Positions 11,261 through 23,800 of a stretch of DNA of 64,000 nt are shown here, piece by piece. The position numbers and the translations under genes were made by a program. The notes under the pieces are model-generated. The model had not been told where the DNA came from and ran no database searches. It saw only the letters and a program-made list of their open reading frames with translations. The DNA comes from Squalus acanthias (Eukaryota), in assembly GCA_030390025.1 (NCBI GenBank), contig CM059432.1, positions 92,134,001-92,198,000 of the forward strand, in the 5' to 3' direction. Each line of letters begins with the position of its first letter. Positions within the stretch are counted from its first letter, which is position 1.

Positions 11261-12761
11261 GCAGGTAAAACAGTAAATGAGCAATGGAGGTCTTCAAAGA
11301 GGAGATAGTTTGGGTACAGACTAGATTCATTCCCACGAGGGGGAAAGGAAGAGCAACAAAAGCTGGAGCTTTTAGATGACTAGAGATTAAAATGAAACAG
11401 AAAAAGGAGGCTTATGTTAAATGTCAGGCTCATAATACAGTAGAGAATCAAGCTGAATACAGAAAGTGCAGTGGAGAACTGAAAAAGGAAATAAGAGGGG
11501 CAAAGAGAGTGTATGAGAATAGATTGGTGGGTAACATAAAAGGAAACCCAAAAATCTTTTATAAACATATAAATAGTAAAGGGGTAGTCAAAGGAAGGGT
11601 GGGACTAATTAGGGACAAAAAAGGAGATTTTCTTGTAGAGGCAGAGGGCATGGCTGATGTATTAAATGAGTACTTTGCATCTGTCAAAGAAGAGGATGCT
11701 GCTAATGTCACAGTAAAGGAGGAGATAATAGAGAAACTGGATAGGATAAAAATATGTAAAGAGGAGTTACTTAAAAGGTTGGCAGCACTCAAAAGTAGAA
11801 AAGTCATCCGGGCCAGATGGGATGCATCCTAGGTTGCTGAGCGAAGTAAGAGTGGAGATAGTGGTGGCGCTATCCATAATCTTCCAATCCTTAGATATGG
11901 GAGCAGTGCCAGGGGACTGGACGATTGCAAATGTCACACCCCTGTTCAAAAAAGGGGAAAAGGATAAACCCGGCAACTACAAGTCAGTCAGCCTAATGTC
12001 GGTGGTGGGGAAACTTTTAGAGACAATCATCCAGGACAAAATTAATTGGCACTTAGAAAAATATGGGTTAATAAATGAAAGCCAGCATGGATTTGTTAAA
12101 GGCCAATTGTGTTTGACTAACTAGATTGAGTTATTTGATGCAGTAACGGAGAGAGTTGATGAGGGTGGTGCGATTGATGTTGTGTATATGGACTTTCAAA
12201 AGGTGATTGATGAAGTAACACATAATAGAATTGTTAACAAAATTGAAGGTCAGGGGATTAAAGAGGCAGTGGCTGCATGGATACAAAATTGGCTAAGGGA
12301 CAGAAAACAAATAGTAGTGGTGAACGGCTGTTTTGCAGACTGGTGGGAAGTATACAGTAGTGTCCCCAGGGCTCGGTGTTGGGACCACTGCTCTTTTTGA
12401 TATATATTAATGATCTGGACTTGGGTATACAGGGCATCATTTCAAAGTTTGCAGATGACATAAAACTCGGAAATGTAGTAAACAGTGAGGAGGATAGTAA
12501 CAGACTTCAGGAGGATATAGACAGACTGGTGTAATGGGCAGATACATGGCAGATGAAATTTAATGCAGAGAAGTGTGAAGTGATGCATTTTGGTAGGAAG
12601 ATTGAGGAGAGTCAATATAAACTAAATGGTACAATTTTAAAACAGGTGCAGAAACAGAGAGACCTGGGGGTGTACGCACACAAATCTGTGAAGTTGGCAG
12701 GACAAGTTGATAAGGCTGTTAAACAAGCATGCAGGATCCTTGGCTTTGTAAACTGAGGCAT

Positions 12762-13104
12762 GGGCTGGATTTTGTCTTGGGGTCGGGTTGGGGTCGTGTA
12801 ATCCGCATTTCGGGCTGGATTTTGTCTTGGGGGTCGGGTTGGGGTCGTGTAATCCGCATTTTGTGGTTCCCCCCCGACTCCAGATTAATGTGGATGAATG
12901 ATGCAATTTTCACTTAATTGGGCAATTGAGTTCCAGCATGTGGGAACCCATGAACTAATTAGTGTTTTCAGTCTGAAAGTCGCCTCTGATGATGTCATCA
13001 TTGCTGACTGCCTAGTCTCAGAGACTGTTGGTGAGAGAGGACCTGCGTGGCTTGCTTTTGATGTGAGTGGACCTGGATGCGGGGGGGGGGAGAGAGAGAG
13101 AGAC

Positions 13105-13143
<39 letters not shown>

Positions 13144-13639
13144 GAGAGAGAGAGAATTTTTTTGCATCCAAGTCCTCTCACAGCAAAGGCCAGGCAGTCT
13201 CTGAACACATTCAATGCAGCAGCATCAGAGGCGACTTTCAGACCTAATACTACTACTACCTTCATCACAATACTACTACTACCTTCATCACATCTCCGTT
13301 GTAATAGTGGACCTGCAGCTCATAGTCAGCTATCCACTTGTGCTCCCGCCAGGTTTCACTGGAGTGTTTCACACCAGGCGTACTTCACGTCAGAAAAGGG
13401 TTAAACTAGCTAAAACATTTCAAAATGGCATTACAGAGCCAATTTAGGGCTTGTTAAGGGCTTTAATGGCCTCTCCCACCTCTTGGAGGCGGGACGGAGT
13501 CGGGAACCCCGCGACTGATTTTGTCAAAATTGCGTGGAGGCGGGATGGAGTCGGGATGGGGTCGGGACCCCCGACCCTGCAAATTTAACCCCCCACACGC
13601 CTCCAAACCCGACTCCATGGGTCATTCAAAATCCAGCCC
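12762..13639. mobile_element. Harbinger MITE (878 bp) with a duplicated left terminus and a (GA)n tract
   Basis: Perfect TIRs GGGCTGGATTTTG / CAAAATCCAGCCC. The first 49 bp repeat at 12812-12861. (GA)n at 13090-13155. Interrupts CR1 at GGCAT|GAGTAC. Confidence 0.9.
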
Positions 13640-13753
13640 GAGTACAAAAGCAAGGACGTTATGCTAAACCTTTGTAAATCACTGGTTAGGCCCCAGCTGG
13701 AGTATTATGTCCAATTCTGGGCACCACACTTTAGGAAGGATGTCAAAGCCTTA

Positions 13754-16700
13754 GGGCTCGATTTTAATAGTCCTGAGGAGGCGAGTTTGGAGGCGGGTCT
13801 GTTAGGAAAATCGGGAAAAAAGGCTTCAGAGACCCAACCCGCCTCCATCTCGCCCCCACCCAATTTTCCTGAGTGTCTGTTTAGCCGCTCCCAAACTGAT
13901 CCGTCTCCAACCAGTGGGACAGGTAGTTAAGGCAGTTAACAGCCTGTTAACCGCCTTGCTAATCCTATTTTCATAGTGGTTTCCCATTTTCCTGCTTCTG
14001 GCTCCTGTTTCCCAACTAGTCAGAAACAGGCCAGGTTCAAGGAGACGGGTTGCTGGAGGACCTGATTTGTATGCATTGGTGGAGTGTTTTAAAAGCGCTC
14101 CTGAAACATGGCTGACATTCAAATGCAACAACTTTGCTGTTGTAGGTATGGGATAACATTTTGCACATCTACTGACCTTCTGACTGTTCAAGCTGACACC
14201 CATCTGCAGAGTGTCATGAATGGAAATATTTCAGGCCACTTCGACTGTGTGCTTGCAAGATTGTTACCTCAAATGAAATCTATAGCAAGGGGATGGGAAA
14301 CATTTATGCCCTCTCATCCTGATCCTCATAATCGGGGGAGTACCAGCCACGTGGCTCAGCACAGATCTTCCTGGGAAGAGGAGTAGGAGGAGGACGAGGG
14401 GAGCCTTGCATGCCCTGTTGTGACCAATGCAGCATCCCACCAGTTCACTGATGCCTGTCAACCAGGATATGCACACTGCCATGCCAAACTACTGTAAGCT
14501 TACTCTTCAACCATAGGTGGCTGCCAGATGTCTCTGTAATTGCAGGCGACACTTGTCCAATGTCATACATCATCTCTGCTATACCCTCTTATTTCCTATC
14601 ACTTTTACCATCAGCATTACAAATGCAAGTCGCCCCGAGCCCTCAATGCACTTTTGCAATTTCCCAGAACATATAGGCCACACAATCAACTGTTTGACAT
14701 AATTTTTCTTTTAAACATCACAAAATATACCAGCAAGAGTCAGAAAAAAAAGAAACATCACCCAAGCGAGTCCCCTTGTGACTATAAGTGCTTAATCTTT
14801 CTCTTACGCGTGCTTCTACGTGGTTCTTCCCCTATGGCTTCAGCAGATGTAGAGGCACCTTGCTGACTAGGATGCTGCGCCTGCTTAGATGGCTTTGACG
14901 GGCGTCCTCTGGGTTTGGGAGCCTGGGAGGGCTTTTCAACAGTCTGCTCTTCCTGCGGCTGTGCAGGGACTGAAACGGCCATCTCGGTTGTCTCTGCAAA
15001 GTGGGTCTCTGACCAAGGGCTCCGCAGTGGCATGGTCGTGTGAGCGCTTTGAGAGGAGCCCACACTTCCTTCTGTCCTGCCAACAACATCCCTCTCATGG
15101 GTCAGCCGCACCTCAGTGCTGGCAAGTGGCTGGAGAGCACCTTGCTGCACTTCAGGGGGACCATGAGGACCCATATCTGCACTGGCAGTCCTCATCACAA
15201 GGATGTCCATGAAGCTCTGGTCTCTCTGCTCAATAGCTGCCTATCGCTCCTCCAGAGATGTCATTCTATTTTGAACAGTCACCATGTTTTCTTGACTCTG
15301 GCGATTTATTTCCTCCATGGACGTAGCCATCCTTTCCACGGAGGAGGTTGCCATCTTATCAATGGTGGTGCGTTCATGCGCCATTGCCTCCACCACGGCA
15401 GTGCTGATGTTAGAGATGGACTCCTCCAATCTCTCCACACTCGCACTAACCCTGGAGGCAAAACCTTCCAGAGACACCTGCACTTGTTCCTGTATTTCAC
15501 AAACCGCTCTTTTCTGGATGGCCCCAGAGGCACAGCGTCTGCATGCAGCTCAGCAGAGCTAGGAGATTGCTGCGACCTCTGCAGAGGACTCTCCACTGCT
15601 GTCGCTGTCTCCACCATCTGCTGATGCTCACTTATGCACTGTGATAGACCAGGTGGCAACACTAATCTAACTTGTGATGGCCCCACCGAGGTGTGTGTTG
15701 CTGCGCTGGTGCTGGGTGCACTGAGTCCTGGTGACGCTGGTCCCTCAGAGGCTTCAGGTTCCTCTGAGGAGTTGTCCGGCTCTTCGTCCTGGATCATGGG
15801 GAGGGGGGCACTCGATGGTCCTGTGGGAGAGTAAAGGCTTGAATTAGACATCTGATATTGATGTAGCGGACATATCCTTTTGAGCAGATGATACAATGCG
15901 ATTCTCTGTGAATATCATATTCCATTGCTTTCTGAGAGGGATGAAACTATTATGTCACCAGCTTCCTCTAGTGTGCCCGTCTCTCCATCGCCCACTTCCA
16001 GGTCCTCGCCACCTCCAACAATCTCATTTGCTGCTCCTCAGCACTGGTCAATGTTGCTAGGGTAGGTATTCCTCCTCCAGTCATTGCTCTCTCCCTCTTA
16101 TTGTGGGCTATCTTTTCCTGCAAGGAGGGACACAAGCGGTGTTTCAGCCACAGTGATGGAATGAGTGTGAATAATCTCTACTATAGAAGCTTTGAGGGAG
16201 ACGAAGATGGGTAAGGTGCCAAGAGGAAGGTAGTTCCCTGTGCGTTGTTAGTTGTTGTCACTGCATGACAGTGAGAGCGAGTCTAAGGGGTGCATAGGCA
16301 GGATGCTGAAGTGATTCAGTGCAGAGACAGAGATGGATAAGAAAGGATGCAAGGGAAGTAAGAGTAAGGTGGGATGTGAAGGAGGAGGCTTCCAAAGCAG
16401 AGTGCTGGTGATGAGAAGAGAAGGGAAGCAGAGTGAAGGCAAGTGAGATGGGATACTCACTTTTGATGTTCTCACAAGATCATTAAACCTTTTGCGGCAC
16501 TGGATCCATGACCGTGCATAAATGGACCTTGCGCTCACCTCCTGAACAATGCGCAGCCAGGCTGCCTTGGTCTGCTGAGGAGGCTTCCTCCGGCCATCAG
16601 GAGGGAAGAGAATCTCCCTGCACTCTCTGACAGCATCCACAAGAACGTGGAGGGACTCATCATTAAAACGAGGAGCTGCCTTGCCTCTGGAAGAAGTCAT

Positions 16701-16963
16701 AGCTTTTAAATCAAGTGCAGGAAACCACAATGGAAAGGCTCAGGCTGGATGGCAGCTTTAAACGCAGCTGCTATTATGACATCATCAAAGGCGGCCAGCC
16801 AACCCGATCCCACTCATTGGACCGGCCAGCGTGCCTCCATGAAATTAACAAGCTAGTTTAATAAAAATCGCAACTCTGCAGCTGTTCCCGCCGGAAGCGG
16901 CTCCCGAACCCGCCCACCACGCAACCCGACTCCAACCCGCCTCGGGAATTAAAATCGAAGCTC
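13754..16963. mobile_element. Harbinger derivative C: Myb gene retained, transposase core deleted
   Basis: TIRs GGGCTCGATTTTAAT / ATTAAAATCGAAGCTC. Interrupts CR1 at GCCTTA|GAGAGGG. Only a short + strand transposase remnant remains (~14294-14516). Confidence 0.88.
14782..16700 (-). pseudogene. Myb/SANT partner gene of element C, exons 16700-16461, 16117-15959, 15820-14782
   Basis: MTSSRGKAAPRFNDESLHVLVDAV...QCRKRFNDLVRTSK. GT-AG junctions. C-terminus EEPRRSTRKRKIKHL*. Exon 2 is 159 nt (160 in H), and there is a frameshift near 15490 and a stop at 15241. Confidence 0.88.
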
Positions 16964-17060
16964 TATGAGAGGGTGCAGAGGAAATGTACTAGAATGGTAC
17001 CAGGGATGCAGGGACTGCAGTTACATGGATAAACTAGAGAAGCTGGGCTTGTTCTCCTTA

Positions 17061-19734
17061 AAAGAAAGAAAGACTTACATTTATATAGCGTCTTTCATGA
17101 CCTCAGGATGTCCCAAAGCGTTTTACAGCCAATGAGGTACTTTTGAAGTGTAGTCACTGTTGCAATGTAAGAAACGTGGCAGCCAATTTGCACACAGCAA
17201 GCTCCTACAAACAGCGATGTGATAATGACCAGATAATCTGTTTTAGTGATGTTGAATGAGGGATAAATTTTGGCCAGGACACCAGGGATAACTCTCCTGC
17301 TCTTCTTGAAATAGTGCCACTTTCAAAATCTCAACAATCTAGCCTTTGGCCCTCTATTCACCACGGCATTTCTGCAGCTACCAATCTGCTCAACTACATC
17401 CTCACCACCACCTTTGATGCCCTAGTCCCTATTAAAATCGTTACTCTCTCTCACCCTGTCTGCTCTCCCTGGTACGGCCCTCATGTCCGCTCCCTTAAGT
17501 TCAAGGGTCACAGACTTGAACGGATATGGTGAACAACTGGTTTAGCCATTCACCGCCAGATCTGGCTGGAACACATAAAGCGCTATCGGGTCCTGCTCTC
17601 CTCTGCCAAAGCTGCTCACTATTACAGGATCTTTCTGTAATGCAAAGATAACCCCCGGCTTCTTTTCTCTACTGCAAACGTCTTCTTAAACCCCTCTCCC
17701 CTGTTTCCTCCACCCTCACTTCCAACAAGTGTGAGGAGCTCATGGACTTCTTTGACTCTAAGATTGAGACCATCCGATCAGCTACCTCTGCCACTTCCCT
17801 TCCTTCTCTTGCCCACTGGACCAAACTTCCTCTAAGGTCCCCCCACCCCCTGGCCTAGCCCTAAACTCACATCTTTCTCCAGTTTCTCTCCGATCTCCCT
17901 TCATGCCCTCTCCGAGTTCATCTTGTCCATGAGACCCACCTCCTGCTCACTCGACCCTATTCCCACTAAACTGCTGACCACCCAACTTCCTTTTCTGGCT
18001 CCCATGTTAGCTGATACTGTTAACGGTTCTCTCTCCTCAGGTACTGACCCCTCTCCTTCAAATCTGCCGTCATCACCCCACTCCTCAAAAAAACAACCCT
18101 TGACCCCTCCATACTTGCAAACTACTGCCCCATCTCCAACCTTCCTTTCTTCTCCAAAGTCCTTGAACGTGTTGTTGCCTCCCAAATCCGTGCCCATGTT
18201 TCCTGGAACTCCATGTTTAAATCCCTCCAATCAGGTTTCTGAACCTGCCACAGTACCGAAACGGCTCTCATCAAAGTTACAAATGACATCCTTAGTGACT
18301 GCGACAAAGGTAAACTATCCCTCCTCATCCTTCTCGACCTGTCTGCAGCCTTTGACATGGTTGACCACTCCATCCTCCTCCAACGCCTCTCCACCGTCAT
18401 CCAGCTGGGTGGACTGCACTCGCCTGGTTCCATTCTATCTATCTAATCATAGCCAGAGAATCACCTGCAATGGCATTCTCTTCCCGCTCCCGCATCGTTA
18501 CCTCTGGTGTCCCCTAAAGATTTACTTTTGGCCCCTCCTATTTCTCATCTTCATGTTGCCCCTCAGCGACATCATCCGAAAACACAGCGTCAGTTTCCAC
18601 ATGTACACTAATGACACCCAGCTCTACCTCACCACCACTTCTCTCGGCCCCACTACTGTCTCTAAATTGTCAGACTGCTTGTCCAACATCCAGTACTGGA
18701 TGAGCAGAAATTTCTCCAACTAAATATTGGGAAAACCGAAGCCATTGTCTTCGGTTCCTGCCACAAACTCCATTCCCTAACCACCGACTCCATCCCTCTT
18801 CCTAGCATCTGTCTGAGGCTGAACCAGAATGTTCTCAATCTTGGTGTCATATTTGGCCCTGAAATGAGCTTCTGACCACATATCCGCACCATAACTAAGA
18901 CCGCCTATTTCCACCTCTGTAACATCGCCTGACTTGGCCCCTGCCTCAGCTCATCAGCTGATGAAACCTCATCCATGCCTTTGTTAATAGACTTGACTAT
19001 TCCAATGCACTCCTGGCTGGCCTCCCACATTCTACCCTACGTAAACTTGAGGTCATCCAAAACTCTGCTGCCCGTGTCCTAACTCGTACCAAGTCCCATT
19101 TACCCATCACCCCTGTGCTCGCTGGTCTATATTGACTCCTGGTTAAGCAACGCCTCGATAAAATTCTCATCCTTGTTTTCAAATCACTCCATGGCCTCGT
19201 CCCTCCCTATCTCTGTAATCTCCTCCAGCCCCACAACCACCTCCACCCCCCCCCCCCCCCCCCCCCCGCCAACCGAGATATCTGCGCTCCTCTAATTCTG
19301 GCCTCTTGAGCATCCCTGATTTTAATCGCACAATCATTGGTGGCCATGCCTTCAGCTGCCAAGGCCCTAAGCTCTGGAACTCCCTCCTTAAACCACTCCG
19401 CCTCTCGACCTCTTTCCTCTAAGATGTTCCTTAAAACCTACCTCTTTGACCAAGCTTTTGGTCATCTGCCCTAATTTCTCCTTTTGTGGGTCAGTGTCAA
19501 ATTTTGTTATATAACGCACCTGTGAAGCGCCTTGGGACGTTTTACTATGTTAAAGGCACTATATAAATACAAGTTGTTGTTGTTGTTGTTACCATGTGAT
19601 CTTTTACATCCATCTGAGAGAGCAGACGGGGCCTCGGTTTTTTAACATCTCATCCGAAAGATGGCACTTCTGACAGTGCAGCATTTCCTCAGTCCTGCAC
19701 TGGAGTGTCAGCCTAGATTTCACGGCTGACATGC
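17061..19734 (-). mobile_element. Deu-domain SINE with an L2-derived tail, split by an L2 insertion (17061-17319 and 19592-19734)
   Basis: (CTTT)n tail on the minus strand. The 3' end resembles the L2 3' end at 19525-19590. The body matches 63819-64000. CTTA on both sides is a possible TSD. Confidence 0.8.
17320..19590 (+). mobile_element. 5'-truncated L2 LINE (RT region and 3' UTR)
   Basis: Motifs [34 protein letters not shown] and RLDYSNALLAGLP. (GTT)n tail at 19573-19590. CCA on both sides. Confidence 0.93.
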
Positions 19735-20130
19735 TTATAGCAAAGAATGTTAAGGGAGAATTAATAGAGGTGTTCAAAATCATGGAAGGTTTTGATAGAA
19801 TAAATAAGTAGAAACTATTTCCAGTGGCAGAAGAGTCCATTTCCAAAGGACACAGATTAATTGGCAAAAGAACCAGAAATGAGATTAGAAGAATTTTATT
19901 TTACAGAACAAGTTGTTATGATCTGGAACACACTGCCTGGAAAGATAGAAGCAGATTCAATAATAACTTTCAAAAGGGAATTGGATAAATACTTGAAGGG
20001 AAAACATTGCTGGGCTATGGGGAAAGAGCGGGGGAGTGGGACTAATTGGAAAGCTCTTTCAAAGAGCCGGCACAGGCACGATGGGCCGAATGGCCTCCTT
20101 CTGTGCTGTATGATTCTATGATTCTATGAT

Positions 20131-20430
20131 TAACTATCTAACACTGAGGACCTGGCATGAGCAAACCCCGCCATACCGAAGGGATCTTGCTGAAGATGCA
20201 CCGGTGCTGAACTGCCCATGTAGTGAAAATGGATGAGGATCACTTTCTAATTGCCTCTTTCAAGGCAAGCTCAACGATGAAGAAACATAAGAGAGAATGC
20301 CAGCCCAAACAGTTCAAGGAAGGCCTTGAGCAAAACCTGCCAGTGGAAGACTGCAAACACAGGACCACACACAAGCACTGCTGGGCTGTCACTGTTCAAA
20401 CGATTTATGATCAACAATTGTTTTGAAAGC
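20131..20430 (+). mobile_element. RTE-clade LINE fragment, 3' continuation of 11040-11260
   Basis: Resumes with SNTEDL...ILLKM...AHVVKMDEDHFL...QPKQFKEGLEQNL, matching the RTE pattern NTEVL...RWAGHVxRM...KRFKDxLK. Confidence 0.65.
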
Positions 20431-21804
20431 AAATTCCCCTCCTTGATATTACAGTTTAAAGCATATGAAGAAATAGACAGTTTGTAATTTCATCCAGTTA
20501 CTGGGACACCAATGAATGTTTGAGTAATTATAATACATACATAAGCTAGCTTAGTTAGAAAATACAGTCACTTCAAATATCGTTTAACACAAACACCTTT
20601 GCGTGCCAAAGATGTGTGAATACAAGTACCACCATTTTTGCTCTCAACTTTTCAATATAGCATTGATATCTTTACAAGGTATATTTTCCCAGGGCTCTAT
20701 TTTTACTGTGAAGTATTATTCATTGGTCTGATCCTGATCTTTATACAGTGTTGTAATACTGAGAGGTTGAAATACAAACTTGTTCTCTGTGAAAGAGTTA
20801 ACCAGCCAAACTGCCCCTGGTGTACGGAATTACAGTACAGCCAAGAATAAGCTTCAAATGCGTGTCAGCCATGAGCTGATATCTCTGATGTGTGAATCAT
20901 GTTAAAAAATAGCTGAGCAGATAGAGTGAGTAAAAATAGAACAGAATGGCAGCGTGTCTCTAGTCATACAAATTATTCCAGAAAGCTTTACTGAGAAAAA
21001 CACAGCAAAACCTGGTTGTAATTAATTGCTAAAATGTTTTTTTCATCCAAGCTTTGATAAAGAACATTTTTTATCTGTTTTGCAGTGGCATTTTAATGGT
21101 TCATAATTTGCTGGAGCAGGGCATCTAGCAGCGCCTGCCATTAGTTAGGCTTGCCCTTGCACATTTAGGTTTTGAAAATTTTTGCATGGCAACTTGCTGG
21201 AAGTGTGAGCTGATAACGTCACCGTGAGGGAAAGTGGGCATCTGGGAGCCGAGTGAAGAGGGCAAGCAACTCTGTATCTTCTTAATGAATCAGATTGAAG
21301 GATTGTGAAATGAAAAGCCCAACAACCGAGAAGCAAGTATAAATTAGACTGGGTGAATTCAATGTCAAATCAGCTACAGAAAGAGAAATAAAGAGAGGGA
21401 AAGAAAGATTGGATTAAGAGTGAGAGAAAGAAGTGACAGAAAGGAAGAGCAGGAAAAAAAATGTAAATGTAAAATTTTACAGCCTAGAAATTGGATGTGG
21501 TCACAGAATGGGCAGTGTTAAGGCCTAACGATGTTAAACTGCGGCAGGTCAAAATGGTCTAGGTAGCATGCAAAATTCGTGCTCAGTCGCCATTAACATG
21601 ATTATAGTGCTGATCTCAGCGTTAAAACCGCTGCTCACTGGCTTACCGCTCAACAGGTGGGCCAATATCGGGTCCAGTCTAATTCCCAGTCATGATTGGC
21701 ACAGGCTTTATTCAGTACTTAAAGGGGAGGTGCATTGATGCTACAGCACCTCATTGTCAAGCCACTTACAACTTCACCTGGGAGAAAACGGCATTGGAAA
21801 CACA

Positions 21805-23612
21805 AAGCTGAGCCTCAGCACAGAGAGAGGGCCCACAGATTCTCAGAGGCGGCTCTTGGGGCATTGCCATCGAGAGGAGGCAGGCTATCCTCTTCCTGCA
21901 GACTGGCAGGAAGCCCTCACCACACACAACTCGAAGGCTCTGGCAGGAGATAGCCGCCTATGTGGTGGCCAGCACTGTGGTCCCAAGGTCGGCCATCCAG
22001 TGCTGAAAGAAGTTTAATGACCTCACATGCAGGTCAAGGTGAGTGAAGGCTTCAGCAACTGCCATATCCCATCATCTGCACCACAAGCCTCAGACACTGC
22101 TCAATGCACCACACCCCCAGCACTCACCTACCAACAATCTATACCTACCACCACTCACACCTCACAATCATAGCTTCACTTCACCCTCACAACCTTACCA
22201 CTGCTGCAACACTCACACCTACATCTCACACCTTACACATACTGACAGTTATTCACTGACAGCACATCACCCAAACACATTGCACCACACTCACTCACAC
22301 ACTTCCCTTTCTCTTGCCACACATTACAGGAGGGAGCAGCGACAGACAGGCGGGGGGCAAGCTGCCATCCAGAACCTCAGCCAACTGGAGGAGCGAGTGC
22401 TGGAGATCATTGGGCAGCAGATCATAGAGGCTGTGTCAACCGGTGAGGTTGAAGCCCTTGGGGACAATAATGGTATGCTCATTCCTAATCCTTCTTCTCA
22501 AATCCCACTTCCCCCTCATCCCACAATCTCTTCTCACTTTCAAGCTGCTGATGCTGTATGCATGCATATCTTGCTTTCCCCTGCCACTCCCTGCATCGTA
22601 ACCCGACTCTTGTGTCTTTCTGCTTTCAGCTAATCAAGACCAAGCACCTGAGCTGCCTGTCCCTGAGGCGATGCAGGAGAGCGAGGGGGGAGAAGAAGAA
22701 GACACAGCATCACTGCATCTGTCACTCGCAGACACTAACTCAGAAACTGGCACTGTGCGTACTTTAGAGGCTAGTGCAGAAGCGGGATCTTCACAGGGTG
22801 AGGCACCGGGCACGAGTGGGCTGCAGCAAGGCCAGGGTGAAAGGGTAGCTCGGGGGCCAGCTCCCTGGAGGGAGAGTTCGCGCATGAATTCTGCTGCACA
22901 GGACTCAGATGATGACCTTGATGGGGCAGCCTTCAGAAGAAGGGTGATGGGCATGCACACCAAATTGCTAGGTGCAATGGCAAGCCTGCCAGAGAGCCTC
23001 TTGGCAATGTCAAGGAGCATGAAGGAGTCCGCCGGACATGATGCTGCGTGTGATGGGCGATGTCGCGGTTGCCCTTGCAGCACAGGTGGAAGCGAGCCAA
23101 CATCTTAGTGCTGCAGTGGAAGCGCAGACCACTCTCATGAAGTCTCAGCTTGCTGCCACCCATGATCAGACCGCTCTCATGCAGTCTCAGCTTGCTGCCA
23201 CCCAAGCTCAGACTGCTGCCATCGTGGCTGGGTTTACCACTGTCGACCCGGGGCTTGCAGGGTGTCGCAGCAGCCCAGCTATTTGTGCTCCGACAGATTG
23301 CTAGGAATACTAAGGCACTGTCCCAGTGGAAATGTCAGTGGGTCAGTGGAGCAGGACCCTGCTGTCCTCTCTCAGGATGACAGCATTCCTGTTCCCACCA
23401 CTGCCATTCTGCCATTGCCCTTGCCTCTGCCTGTCAGCGGAGGTGGTGCAGTCTACAGCCGGGCCATAGCTGCTCAAGGTCATCCTGCAAGACCATCTGA
23501 AGTCTCCCCCATGGAAACTCAGCAGCCTTCCGCCAGCCATGCGGCAGTCACTGGGGGAGCACTTCGTAGGAGCACTAGATCAGGAAAGGGCACCCAAATG
23601 ACAGGCACTTAG
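21805..23612 (+). pseudogene. Myb/SANT partner gene of element D
   Basis: EPQHRERAHRFSEAALGAL...KKFNDLT, donor at 22039. Exon 2 RREQRQTGGG, donor at 22472. Exon 3 from 22630 ending GGALRRSTRSGKGTQMTGT*. Several frameshifts; start codon lost. Confidence 0.82.
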
Positions 23613-23800
23613 GGATTGCACAACTGTGATTAGTTGATATCGTATGTGTAAATTGATTGTTGATAAATTTAATAATTTTGCTTGGAATCTTTTGTGGTGG
23701 CTCTCATTTCAGCTTTGTGCCCAGGAGGATGCTGTGATATTCCGTGACAGAGGGATGGTATGATGGGGACGTTGTGAGCAAAGGGCATCTGGGGTTTCAT

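Larger units (their letters stand above)
11262..20130 (+). mobile_element. 5'-truncated CR1 LINE (ORF2 RT region and 3' UTR) in four pieces: 11262-12761, 13640-13753, ~16967-17060, ~19735-20130
   Basis: Protein motifs NPKIFYKHINSK, ANVTPLFKKG, QHGFVKG, KFADD and LEYYVQFWAPH are collinear across the insertions. (ATTCTATG)n tail at 20113-20130. Several stops and frameshifts. Confidence 0.93.
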
